Positions 5,974-14,497 of a stretch of 18,203 nt of DNA are shown here, in pieces. Position numbers and translations under genes: made by a program. The stretch is from a virus, in IMG/VR virus record IMGVR_UViG_3300045988_036188. One strand, given 5' to 3'. The notes under the pieces were generated by a model. The model was not told the origin of the DNA. It did not search any database and saw nothing but the letters and a program-made list of their open reading frames with translations. Positions within the stretch are counted from its first letter, which is position 1. Each line of letters begins with the position of its first letter.

Positions 5974-7408
5974 GACTATCAAGACGCTGAACGCGACGAA
6001 CGCGCAGATTTTGAACGCGATTCGCACCGATGCTTCGTTCGCGTACCAGCAGCGCATTCCTGCTGCGACGCAGGGTGACATTACCGAGACGGTGAACAAC
6101 CTGCTCGAATACCGCCCGATGATGAACGAGTTCATCGACGCGCTTGTGAACCGCATCGGAGACGTTGTAATCAAGAGCAAGGTTTGGACTAACCCGCTCG
6201 CGCAGTTCAAGCGCGGTATGATGCAGTACGGCGAGACCATCGAGGAACTTGCCACCACGCTGATCCAGGCTAAGCGCTACGACCCGAACAAGTGCTATGA
6301 TGACGTGTTCGCTTGCCACGCGCCCGACGTTATGAGCAACTTTCACAGCATCAACCGTCAGGACTACTACGAGTTGACCGTCAACGACATGCTTCTGCGC
6401 CGTGCGTTTTTGAACGACTACGGGCTGCAAGACCTCGTGGGGCGCATCATGGAAACGCCGTACACGTCCGACTACTGGGACGAGTACCTTATCATGCGAA
6501 ACCTTTTCGCAGAGTACGCGCGAATCGACGGCTTCTACAAGGTGAACGTTCCCGATGCTTCGGCTGCGTCCACCCGTGCGGAGAAGCAGGACGATGCTAT
6601 GGCGATTACGGAAGCCGTGCGCTCGATGGCTGGCAAGATGCGCTTTCTTTCTGGACAGTACAACGCCGCAGGCGCGCCGACGTTCACGAACAACAACGAC
6701 CTTGTTCTGTTCGCAACTCCCGAGTTCGTGGCTATGCTCGACGTTAACGTTATCGCGTTCGCGTTCAACGCATCCGCAGCCGACTTCAAGATGCGCGTTA
6801 TCGAGATTGACGATTTCGGCATCGACGGTTGCCAAGCCATTCTGTGCGACCGCGATTTCTTCATGTGCGCGGACACGCTTATCGACTTCGAGAGCATCCG
6901 CAATCCCAAGGCGATTTCGTGGAACTACTGGCTGCATCACCACGGCATCTATTCCGTGTCCCGTTTCGTGAACGCAGTCATGTTCACCACGGAAGCTGGC
7001 ACCAGCGTGACTGTTCCCGCCATTAAGGCAACTGGTGTTACGCTTGATTATGCGGAGGTTGACGGAGTGAAACCCACTTACGCAGAGCGCGGTGGAAAGA
7101 CGCGCCTTATCGCCACTGTTCAGGGCACCGTAACGCCCGAGACGGAGGGGTACACGGTTCCGCAGGGCTGCACGTTCGCAATCACCGCGAACAACACGGG
7201 TGTTGAGAGCGGCGGCGTTCGGTTGAAGCTGGGCACGTTCGTGGATGCCGAGGGCGTGCTGCACGTAGCCGAGGATGAAGTTGCGGAGAACGTGACTGTT
7301 ACCGCGACCAGCACCTATATCGACCCGACGGTTGCCATGGGCGAGCAGGTGTACCAGCACAAGGATTTGATTATCGGCATTGACAAGGCGTACACGTCCG
7401 CAGGCTAA
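5963..7408 (+). CDS. Major capsid protein (481 aa) with C-terminal bacterial Ig-like (BIG2-type) domain
   Basis: SD reads acAAGGAGGacagcaacaATG. The N-terminal region (…NAIRTD…VNRIGDVVIKSKVWTNPLAQFKRGMMQYGETIEEL…) resembles the phi29 gp8 major head protein as I recall it. The C-terminal beta-rich segment TVPAIKATGVTLDYAEV…VTVTATSTY looks Ig-like. Confidence 0.8.
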   Translation: MATKTIKTLNATNAQILNAIRTDASFAYQQRIPAATQGDITETVNNLLEYRPMMNEFIDALVNRIGDVVIKSKVWTNPLAQFKRGMMQYGETIEELATTLIQAKRYDPNKCYDDVFACHAPDVMSNFHSINRQDYYELTVNDMLLRRAFLNDYGLQDLVGRIMETPYTSDYWDEYLIMRNLFAEYARIDGFYKVNVPDASAASTRAEKQDDAMAITEAVRSMAGKMRFLSGQYNAAGAPTFTNNNDLVLFATPEFVAMLDVNVIAFAFNASAADFKMRVIEIDDFGIDGCQAILCDRDFFMCADTLIDFESIRNPKAISWNYWLHHHGIYSVSRFVNAVMFTTEAGTSVTVPAIKATGVTLDYAEVDGVKPTYAERGGKTRLIATVQGTVTPETEGYTVPQGCTFAITANNTGVESGGVRLKLGTFVDAEGVLHVAEDEVAENVTVTATSTYIDPTVAMGEQVYQHKDLIIGIDKAYTSAG

Positions 7409-7418
7409 GGAGTAAGTC

Positions 7419-9596
7419 ATGGCACAAGATTTCCCTGGGTTGCCAGAGAACATCTATGAGTACGAGAATAGGTTTAACTATTCGGTATGGACACCGAACA
7501 CGTCTATTCTCATGTGCAACGTGCCGTGGGATTCTTCGTACCGTGACGTGGTGCGCTTTGATTCCGACAAGGAGCGGGACGCTTATTTCGCGTCCCGCTC
7601 CGTTGACGGGTATGCGTTCACGCTGAACGGGCTTGTATATCTTCGATACGGCGAGCCTATCCGCGTGAACGCGCCCTTTGACATGGTTACACGTTGCAAC
7701 TACATGGTTGTGAAGAACCCGCTGCAACCCGTACCTCCGTCTGGCGGCAGACAGCCAGACGTTTTCTACTACTTCGTGAACGACGCGAAGTACATAGCGC
7801 CGAACACCACGCAGGTGAATGTGCAGCTTGACGTGTGGATGACATACTACGACAGAATCAGCTTCGACCTTTGCTACGTGAACAAGGGTCACATCGGAAT
7901 CGCCAACGAGAACAGCACCATCTACAACCTTTCGGAGTACATGACAGATGCGGAGGGTTTGAACATAGGTGACGAGTACGAGATTACAGACCTCGCAATC
8001 GACAACTTTCTCAATGAACCGCCGTACATCGTTATCATGTGCACCGCTGATTTAACTGCTGGGTTCGGCAGCGTGTCAAACCCGACGCTCAAAACGGCTA
8101 CTGGTTCCATCAACGACGGTATGCCGTCTGGTTCGGCGGTGTACGCTTGCAACAGCGTGAACTTCTTGGAGTTGATGAAGAAGATGCAAGATGCGCCGTG
8201 GGTTTCGCAGTGCATCAGCATGGTCACGGTGGTTCCTGCACGTTTCGTTCAGAACGCCACGGAAACGACCGTTGCGGGAGTCCCTATGTTTCGTATGCCA
8301 GAAACACCGGCCGAGAACATCTCATCGTTGCACCTGATGCACGTTATGGACATGTTCCATATTCCCGAGCGGTACAAGAACCTTTTGAAGTTCTACACGT
8401 CACCGTACTGCGTTATCGAAATGACGGCGTACAACGGCGGCGAGATTGTGCTGAAGCCCGAATGCTTGCAGATTAACTCGTACCAAGGTCAGGACAGCAT
8501 CTTGCTTGTCACGGAGACGGTTGTGGCACCGCCCGACATTCGAGGCTATTCGTATGTGGAGGGGTACAACACAGCCAACGGGGTTGGCGGCAGAGTTGAT
8601 GCTGACTACTATCTTCCTAGCGGCGAATCGTTCCCGCATTCGGAGTCCAACCAAGAGGGTTTGGACATAGCCATTCAGTTCAGCAACTTTCCGCAGTTCT
8701 CGCTTGTGAACAATCAGTACATATATTATATGGCATCGAACCGAAACAGGCTTGCGTACCAGTTCGCCGCAGCAGATTGGTCACAGCAGAAATCGCTTAC
8801 GGCAGCGCAGCTTTCGTTCAACCAGAGCGGGGCGAACATGCAGAACGCATGGGCGAACCAGCAGGTAGCCAATCAGGCGAACTGGGCATTGAGCGGAATA
8901 TCGCAGGAGAAGAACCTGTGGAACGGCGCTTCGTCCATGATTTCGTCTGGCGTTGGCGCTGTTGGCAGCCTTGCATCTGGCAACTTCGGCGGTGCCGCCG
9001 CGGACGTTGCCAACATGGCGCTCGCTGGTGCGAACACCGCGCTGAACGCCGACTGGATTAACAGGACTACCGCGACGCAGGTCGGCGCGGCTACCGCGAC
9101 CACGCAGAACAACATCGGCTTGCAGGGGTATATGAGGGACACGAACTATGACTATGCCGTGTACGCCGCGAACGGGGACTACGAGACGGCTATTCAGGGC
9201 ATTCAGGCAAAGGTTCAGGATGCGCGGCTCACGCAGCCGTCCACTTCGGGACAGAACGGCGGCGATGCGTTCAACTTCTGCAAGGGGTACATGGGCGTGC
9301 GGTTGAAGTTCAAGAGGTTGAAGCTGAACTTCCTGCGTCAGGTTGGCGATTTCTGGCTGCGCTACGGCTACTACGTGAACCGTTGGATTGTGCCGCCCGC
9401 CGACTTGAAGTGCATGGAGAACTTCACGTATTGGAAGATGCAGAGCGTTTCGCTTTCGACAAGCGAGGTTCCCGAACTGTTCAAGGAGAGCATCAGGGGC
9501 ATTTTTGAAAAGGGCGTGACAGTTTGGAGCGACCCTGATAAAATGTACAAGATTGACCTAGCCGACAACGAGCCTGTGAAGGGGGTGCGTTACTGA
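7419..9596 (+). CDS. Tail knob / distal tail tube protein (phi29 gp9-like), 725 aa
   Basis: SD reads ctAAGGAGtaagtcATG. The N-terminal region (…ILMCNVPWDSSYRDVVRFDS…) and C-terminal region (…YGYYVNRW…FTYWKMQ…IRGIFEKGVTVWSD) follow the pattern of phi29 gp9. There is an internal Gly/Ala-rich hydrophobic loop (GASSMISSGVGAVGSLASGNFGGAAADVANMALAGA) like the gp9 membrane-penetrating loop. Confidence 0.8.
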   Translation: MAQDFPGLPENIYEYENRFNYSVWTPNTSILMCNVPWDSSYRDVVRFDSDKERDAYFASRSVDGYAFTLNGLVYLRYGEPIRVNAPFDMVTRCNYMVVKNPLQPVPPSGGRQPDVFYYFVNDAKYIAPNTTQVNVQLDVWMTYYDRISFDLCYVNKGHIGIANENSTIYNLSEYMTDAEGLNIGDEYEITDLAIDNFLNEPPYIVIMCTADLTAGFGSVSNPTLKTATGSINDGMPSGSAVYACNSVNFLELMKKMQDAPWVSQCISMVTVVPARFVQNATETTVAGVPMFRMPETPAENISSLHLMHVMDMFHIPERYKNLLKFYTSPYCVIEMTAYNGGEIVLKPECLQINSYQGQDSILLVTETVVAPPDIRGYSYVEGYNTANGVGGRVDADYYLPSGESFPHSESNQEGLDIAIQFSNFPQFSLVNNQYIYYMASNRNRLAYQFAAADWSQQKSLTAAQLSFNQSGANMQNAWANQQVANQANWALSGISQEKNLWNGASSMISSGVGAVGSLASGNFGGAAADVANMALAGANTALNADWINRTTATQVGAATATTQNNIGLQGYMRDTNYDYAVYAANGDYETAIQGIQAKVQDARLTQPSTSGQNGGDAFNFCKGYMGVRLKFKRLKLNFLRQVGDFWLRYGYYVNRWIVPPADLKCMENFTYWKMQSVSLSTSEVPELFKESIRGIFEKGVTVWSDPDKMYKIDLADNEPVKGVRY

Positions 9597-10495
9597 TGGG
9601 AAGGAATCGCAAGGGCAAGCGCAACACGTGGCAGTCTGCTGAAATGAATAACTTGCAGTACCGCATGTACTATGAAATGTTGGAGCAGATGGCTTGCGCG
9701 ATATACCGTTGGGAGGGATTGCCGACGGAGATTGACCAGCGCTTTCTCGAACTGACACTTTTCAATCGCGGAATGAGCGTGTTTTTCTGGGATGACGAGT
9801 ACGATGCTTATTTCTCCACTATGGGCGCACCGTCTGGGCAGATTAACATGTACCAGAATCCGCTTGCGTATATCGCATACGGCACTAACGGCTTTCATCG
9901 TCGGTTGAAGTCTACCGAATGTGTACCCATCTGGAACAACTATCTGCGCAGACCAGACATTAACGCAATGCGAATCTACGCGCGTAGGCTTGCGGACATT
10001 GACAGAACCGTGGACGTGAACCTTATGAGCCAGAAGATGCCGATATTCGCGGTTGTCCCTGAATCGCAGCGGTTGACCATTCAGAACCTTATGAAGCAGT
10101 ATGTGGGCAACGAGCCTATCATCGTGGGCGCTGACGGAATGTTCGACCCGTCGCAGATTACCTACCTTAGTTCTGGTGCGCCGTTCATCACGCCCGAACT
10201 GCTCAAAGCAAAGCAGACGGTTTGGGCAGAGATTATGACGTACTTCGGCATCGAGAACACGAACATCAGCAAAGCGGAGCGAGTTCAGAGCGCCGAGGTC
10301 GAAGCGAACAACGGTCAGATTGAAGCGAACCGCCTTATTCGCCTGAATTGCAGACGCGAAGCGTGCAGGCAGATTAACCGCAAGTACGGGCTTGAGGTTT
10401 GGTGCGACATGAACAAGGACGTTTCTAGCCAGAACATGAACGTGCTTCTCATGGCTGACCCCGAGGTTCAGACGGATGGAGGTGCTGGGTTATGA
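9596..10495 (+). CDS. Head-tail connector (portal) protein, phi29 gp10-like, 299 aa
   Basis: Start overlaps the upstream stop (TGATG). Shows gp10-like segments: …MACAIYRWEGLPTEIDQRFLE…, …EIMTYFGIENTNISKAERVQSAEVEANNGQIEAN…REEACRQINRKYGLEV. The size matches. Confidence 0.85.
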   Translation: MGRNRKGKRNTWQSAEMNNLQYRMYYEMLEQMACAIYRWEGLPTEIDQRFLELTLFNRGMSVFFWDDEYDAYFSTMGAPSGQINMYQNPLAYIAYGTNGFHRRLKSTECVPIWNNYLRRPDINAMRIYARRLADIDRTVDVNLMSQKMPIFAVVPESQRLTIQNLMKQYVGNEPIIVGADGMFDPSQITYLSSGAPFITPELLKAKQTVWAEIMTYFGIENTNISKAERVQSAEVEANNGQIEANRLIRLNCRREACRQINRKYGLEVWCDMNKDVSSQNMNVLLMADPEVQTDGGAGL

Positions 10496-11244
10496 GTTTG
10501 TACGAGGACGGAGAGTGCGGCGTTCCCTATCATCGTGGGGCGATCTTCACGGTGGAGTTGGGTTCGCTTGTCGAAAACGGATTCGATTTGGGGCTTGACA
10601 AATACCCCATTTTCGATGAAGAATACCGTGCGCCGCTGAACGCGAAGATTGTTGAGCATTTCTTCTTTCGAGAGATTGGGCAGGAGACTCCCGCGCTTTT
10701 CAGGCGTTTTCTGAACCGCAAGATGAACGAGATTATGCCGTTCTACAATCAACTGTACAAGAGCGCGTTGCAGGATTTCGACCCGTTCAGCAACTATGAC
10801 ATGCGCACGGAGGGAAGCACGAGCGGAACGTCTGACCAGTCTAGGGACTATTCGCGTACCGAGAACACGGCTACCAAGGCAACGAGCGAGACGGTGAACG
10901 ACACCGACAGCACGGCGCGAACCGTGGTAAGCACGACACCGCAGATGCAGCTTTCCGGGAACGAGGACTACGCGACCAACCTCACTGACAGCACGAGCAA
11001 CACGATTGCGAAGGGAACGAGTGCGCAGGACAGCAATGCGGAAAGCGAAGCAAGCGACACCACGAAGGCGAGTTCAAAGACGTTGGAGGATTACGTCACG
11101 CACGTGAGCGGCATATCGGGTATCACCAAGGCACAAGCCCTCATGCAGTTCCGTGAGACGTTCCTGAACATCGACATGATGGTTATAGGCGATTTGAACG
11201 AGCTTTTCATGGGTATATACACTGATTATTGGAATGCGCTTTAG
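10492..11244 (+). CDS. Lower collar protein candidate (phi29 gp11 position), 250 aa
   Basis: ATGA overlap with the connector stop. SD reads ggatGGAGGTGctgggttATG. It follows the connector as gp11 does in phi29. The Ser/Thr-rich central segment is typical of collar/tube proteins. The call rests on synteny. Confidence 0.5.
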   Translation: MSLYEDGECGVPYHRGAIFTVELGSLVENGFDLGLDKYPIFDEEYRAPLNAKIVEHFFFREIGQETPALFRRFLNRKMNEIMPFYNQLYKSALQDFDPFSNYDMRTEGSTSGTSDQSRDYSRTENTATKATSETVNDTDSTARTVVSTTPQMQLSGNEDYATNLTDSTSNTIAKGTSAQDSNAESEASDTTKASSKTLEDYVTHVSGISGITKAQALMQFRETFLNIDMMVIGDLNELFMGIYTDYWNAL

Positions 11245-11257
11245 GGAGGTGAAATTT

Positions 11258-11860
11258 ATGGGAATCTACTATCCGTTTCTTGGCGGCGGGCGAACGTGCA
11301 ACCAGATTACAACCCCGCTAGTGTACGACGAATCGCTATCCGTGGAGCAGCAGATCGCTTGTCTGTTCGGCAAGATTGCCAACATCGACAGCGATTTTGT
11401 GACTACGGTTGAGTTCGATGACTTCAAGAGCCAGATTCATGCGGAGCAGGTAGCGCAGACTGAACAGCTTGAAGGGTACACGGATTCGGAGATTGCCAAG
11501 CTGGACAAGGAGTTGCGCGACCTGATTGCAGGTTCGCAGGTTGGCTTGCTTATCTGGAACGTCACGGTTGGCAGGTACACGGGCAACGTTAAAGCAATGC
11601 GTGACTTCTTCAACGATGTTACAGTGCATGCAATCACCGTTGATGCTCTTGCGCAGCTTGACATGACTGTTGACCAGCTTGCGGAATGCGGCTTGAATGT
11701 TCGTGGATTGGCCGTTTTCAGCGGGTACCTCATGAGGGACGATTTCGTGCCAGAGGGCATCACATACGACGGCGCACCGCCGCTCGATGGAAAACTGACC
11801 TGCTCGATTCTCGCTAACGGTGAGGTGCGGGACGGGTACTTCGTAGAAGGGAGTGAATGA
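11258..11860 (+). CDS. Structural protein of unknown role (200 aa)
   Basis: SD reads ttaGGGAGGTGaaatttATG. It lies between the collar and fibre genes. No motif recognised. Confidence 0.55.
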   Translation: MGIYYPFLGGGRTCNQITTPLVYDESLSVEQQIACLFGKIANIDSDFVTTVEFDDFKSQIHAEQVAQTEQLEGYTDSEIAKLDKELRDLIAGSQVGLLIWNVTVGRYTGNVKAMRDFFNDVTVHAITVDALAQLDMTVDQLAECGLNVRGLAVFSGYLMRDDFVPEGITYDGAPPLDGKLTCSILANGEVRDGYFVEGSE

Positions 11861-11864
11861 TGGC
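11841..11864 (+). repeat. 24-bp perfect direct repeat of a translation-initiation region (tcgtagaagggagtgaatgatggc); second copy at 12211..12234
   Basis: Both copies contain the SD GAAGGGAG and an ATGATG start, one for each of the two paralogous fibre genes. Confidence 0.85.
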
Positions 11865-12216
11865 AGGAACGCCAACGACTAACTACCAGTTGCCGACTTA
11901 CGCCGACACGGACGCGCCAGATCTCACGGGCGCGTACAATCAGGCGATGGAGAAAATCGACACGCAGATGAAAACCAATTCCGACGAAGCGGCATCCGCA
12001 ACGTCGGCGGCAGGTACGGCTAAGTCCACCGCAGACAGCGCGTTGGAAACGGCTAACGCGAACGAAGCGGCAATCACCGCGCTCACGGGCAGGGTGGCCA
12101 GTTTGGAAGGCGGTTCGTTTAAGCCGCAAGATACCGACGCAACTCTGACTGTGCAGCAGTTGTCGGAAGCAAAAGTGACCAAAGCTGGCATTGTGTACTT
12201 CAAGCCCGCATCGTAG
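11857..12216 (+). CDS. Short fibre/appendage paralog (119 aa); its N-terminal anchor region is homologous to the 12227..13219 product
   Basis: The N-terminus reads MMAGTPTTNYQLPTYADTDAPDLTGAYNQAMEKIDTQMK, against MMATEYTPNYNLDLYASADKPNLRDQYNAAMGKIDTQMK in the next gene. Both share the LTGRV..EG motif. The start may be the second ATG (11860). Confidence 0.55.
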   Translation: MMAGTPTTNYQLPTYADTDAPDLTGAYNQAMEKIDTQMKTNSDEAASATSAAGTAKSTADSALETANANEAAITALTGRVASLEGGSFKPQDTDATLTVQQLSEAKVTKAGIVYFKPAS

Positions 12217-12226
12217 AAGGGAGTGA

Positions 12227-13219
12227 ATGATGGCTACGGAATACACGCCGAACTACAATCTTGACCTGTACGCTTCGGCTGACAAGCCTAACCTGCGCGA
12301 CCAGTACAACGCCGCTATGGGCAAGATTGACACGCAGATGAAGAAGAGCGCGGATGACGTTACCAACGCCAACGCCAACGTTCTCACGCTGCAAACGCAG
12401 ATGACCGAAGCGCAGAAGGACATTTCGGCGCTGGAATCCACTGTGGAGACGCACGGGACGCAAATCACGGACGTTCAAAAGACGGCTGACGATGCGCTTT
12501 CCCTCGCAAAGACCAACGAGAGCGACATTGCGGACACGCAAGCCGACGTTACGTCGCTCACTGGTCGCGTGACCGCGGTTGAGGGTGCCGCGAAGAAGAA
12601 CGAGACGGGTATTGCTTCGCTTGACACCCGCATGGACGCGGCAGAGGGCGATATCACGGAAGCGCAGAACGACATTAACGGATTGCAGACTGCCGTGAAC
12701 GGGAAAGCACCGATCAACCACGCAAGCACCGACAACACCTATGGTCAGGGTTCGTCTACGAACTTCGGGCATTTGAAGGTGGCAGACAGCGGAAGCGCGG
12801 CGGCATCGTCTGGCACGGCGGCTTCGCCGAAAATGGTTGCTGACCAGATTTCAGCATTAAAGGCACTTCTGGCACCTCAGGCGCTGGAAGCTGCGCACAC
12901 TGTCAATTACAATGGCGGTATCACAGGAAGCGGCATCTTCTCAATCTACGCCAACTCGATTACCGACATTGTTTCTGTTATGCTGAAAAACAACTCGCTG
13001 TCCACACCTGGCACAGGTGGGTACAAAACCGCAACGTTGGGCACCATCCCCAGCGGATACCGCCCGACACGCCTTCTTACGTTCACCGCTTTCTCTGGTA
13101 ATGCGTATTTGCAGATTGAATCAAACGGAGCGGTTAAATTGTCGTTTGCAGACGATGTAGCCCATACGGCAGGTGCGGAAAACGGTTGTGGCTGTATGTT
13201 CTTCGGCAACAGTAGGTGA
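12227..13219 (+). CDS. Tail fibre / receptor-binding protein candidate (330 aa): N-terminal anchor, Ala/Thr-rich coiled-coil stalk, C-terminal globular domain
   Basis: Paralogous N-terminus as described above. The central heptad-like repeats (TEAQKDISALESTVETHGTQITDVQKTADDALSLAKTNESDIADTQADVTSLTGRVTAVEGAAKKNETGIASLDTRMDAAEGDITEAQNDINGLQTAVNGK) are followed by a Gly/Ser-rich distal domain. Confidence 0.6.
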   Translation: MMATEYTPNYNLDLYASADKPNLRDQYNAAMGKIDTQMKKSADDVTNANANVLTLQTQMTEAQKDISALESTVETHGTQITDVQKTADDALSLAKTNESDIADTQADVTSLTGRVTAVEGAAKKNETGIASLDTRMDAAEGDITEAQNDINGLQTAVNGKAPINHASTDNTYGQGSSTNFGHLKVADSGSAAASSGTAASPKMVADQISALKALLAPQALEAAHTVNYNGGITGSGIFSIYANSITDIVSVMLKNNSLSTPGTGGYKTATLGTIPSGYRPTRLLTFTAFSGNAYLQIESNGAVKLSFADDVAHTAGAENGCGCMFFGNSR

Positions 13220-13225
13220 TGAACC

Positions 13226-14497
13226 ATGCCAAGTACCAGAACCATTTGCTATTACGCAATGTACGTTATCGGCGAGGTCGAATCCAACTGGAACTGGACA
13301 GCCGTGAACTACAACGACCCTATCACGATAGGGATGATGCAGTGGTATGGTACACGGGCTGCTGCGCTTCTCAACCGCATCAAAAACGAAATGCCAACTG
13401 CCTACGGGCAGTTGGCTGCTTCGTTGCGTTCGGACATTGAATCGCATGATGCCGGTAGTACGTGGTGGACTAGGCGTTACCTGAACAGGGACGAGGGAAA
13501 CAGCATCATAACTGTTTTCCAAGACGAGGAAAACCATGTGATTCAGGAGAATCAGGCTATAGCCGATTTCGAGGGGTACATTGCGACGCTTGAAGGCTGG
13601 GGAATGAGTCAGTCGTACCCGAAACCTTTGATATTCGCAATGAGCATGTACCATCAATCACCAGCAAGTGCGGGGCAGGTCATTGCAACGGCGGGCGGCA
13701 GCGCCGACCTCGATAGGATATACGGCGTTTGCATGAACCACGGGGTTCTTGGGCAGTACAGGAATCGCTACAACACCGTGTACCAGAGATTGAAGGATTG
13801 GGACGGTGAGAGCAACCCGCCTGATTTCGGTCAGAGCGGAGACGTTGACACAACGCCCGGGGGCAACACCCCTGGGATTAGCACAGAAAAAAGCAAGTTG
13901 GGGTACATCATTCAGAATGGAGATACGCTCATTCTTTACGGCAAAGACGAGTACGAAAAAGGCGTTATATTCTATCCCGCATCTGGACAGGTTTGGATTA
14001 ACGGGTACAACGCGAACGGAACTGACATTGGCGGCGGCAACGAGGGCGGCGGTTCGGAGAGCGGAAGCGAAGCGCAGAACGCCATATGCGAATTGTACCG
14101 CTCATGGCTTGACAGGTTCGCGTACTCGCAGGGTGCTGGACGGCTTGACCCCATAAGCAGCGGATATGGTGACTGTTCTTCTACGGTGTGGTTCGCGTAC
14201 CAGCAGGTTGCTGGAATCGACGTTGGCACGTGGACGGGCGCTATGGCGGGCAAGGGGACGAAGATAGCAAGCGGCTATTCTGGTGACAACCTACCCATCG
14301 AGGATATGGAGCCAGCCGATTTGGTGCTGATTATGTGGAATGGTTGGAACGGCTCATTTGACCACGTTGAACTGTACATGGGCAACAATGAACTTTGGGG
14401 ACATGGTGGACCCGATTACGGACCAGACCAAACCACAACCGATGCTAGGAACTATCCACGGTACATGTATTATTGGGAGGTGAGACGGTACCTATGA
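13226..14497 (+). CDS. Tail-associated peptidoglycan hydrolase (423 aa): N-terminal glycosidase-like region, Gly-rich linker, C-terminal NlpC/P60- or CHAP-like cysteine peptidase
   Basis: Its position matches phi29 gp13. The C-terminal region (…DPISSGYGDCSSTVWFAYQQVAG…FDHVELYMGNNELWGHGG) has the Cys…His…His spacing of NlpC/P60/CHAP enzymes. The linker reads GGGNEGGGSESGSE. Confidence 0.6.
   Translation: MPSTRTICYYAMYVIGEVESNWNWTAVNYNDPITIGMMQWYGTRAAALLNRIKNEMPTAYGQLAASLRSDIESHDAGSTWWTRRYLNRDEGNSIITVFQDEENHVIQENQAIADFEGYIATLEGWGMSQSYPKPLIFAMSMYHQSPASAGQVIATAGGSADLDRIYGVCMNHGVLGQYRNRYNTVYQRLKDWDGESNPPDFGQSGDVDTTPGGNTPGISTEKSKLGYIIQNGDTLILYGKDEYEKGVIFYPASGQVWINGYNANGTDIGGGNEGGGSESGSEAQNAICELYRSWLDRFAYSQGAGRLDPISSGYGDCSSTVWFAYQQVAGIDVGTWTGAMAGKGTKIASGYSGDNLPIEDMEPADLVLIMWNGWNGSFDHVELYMGNNELWGHGGPDYGPDQTTTDARNYPRYMYYWEVRRYL

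Noticed and set aside
5936-7453. 505-aa minus-strand ORF antisense to the major capsid gene. Similar long antisense ORFs occur at 1658..2311, 2106..2618, 11437..12246 and 12200..12772.
   Set aside because: They lie opposite well-supported, motif-bearing + strand genes in GC-rich sequence. They have Arg/His/Val-rich low-complexity translations and no SD. These are typical antisense artefacts.
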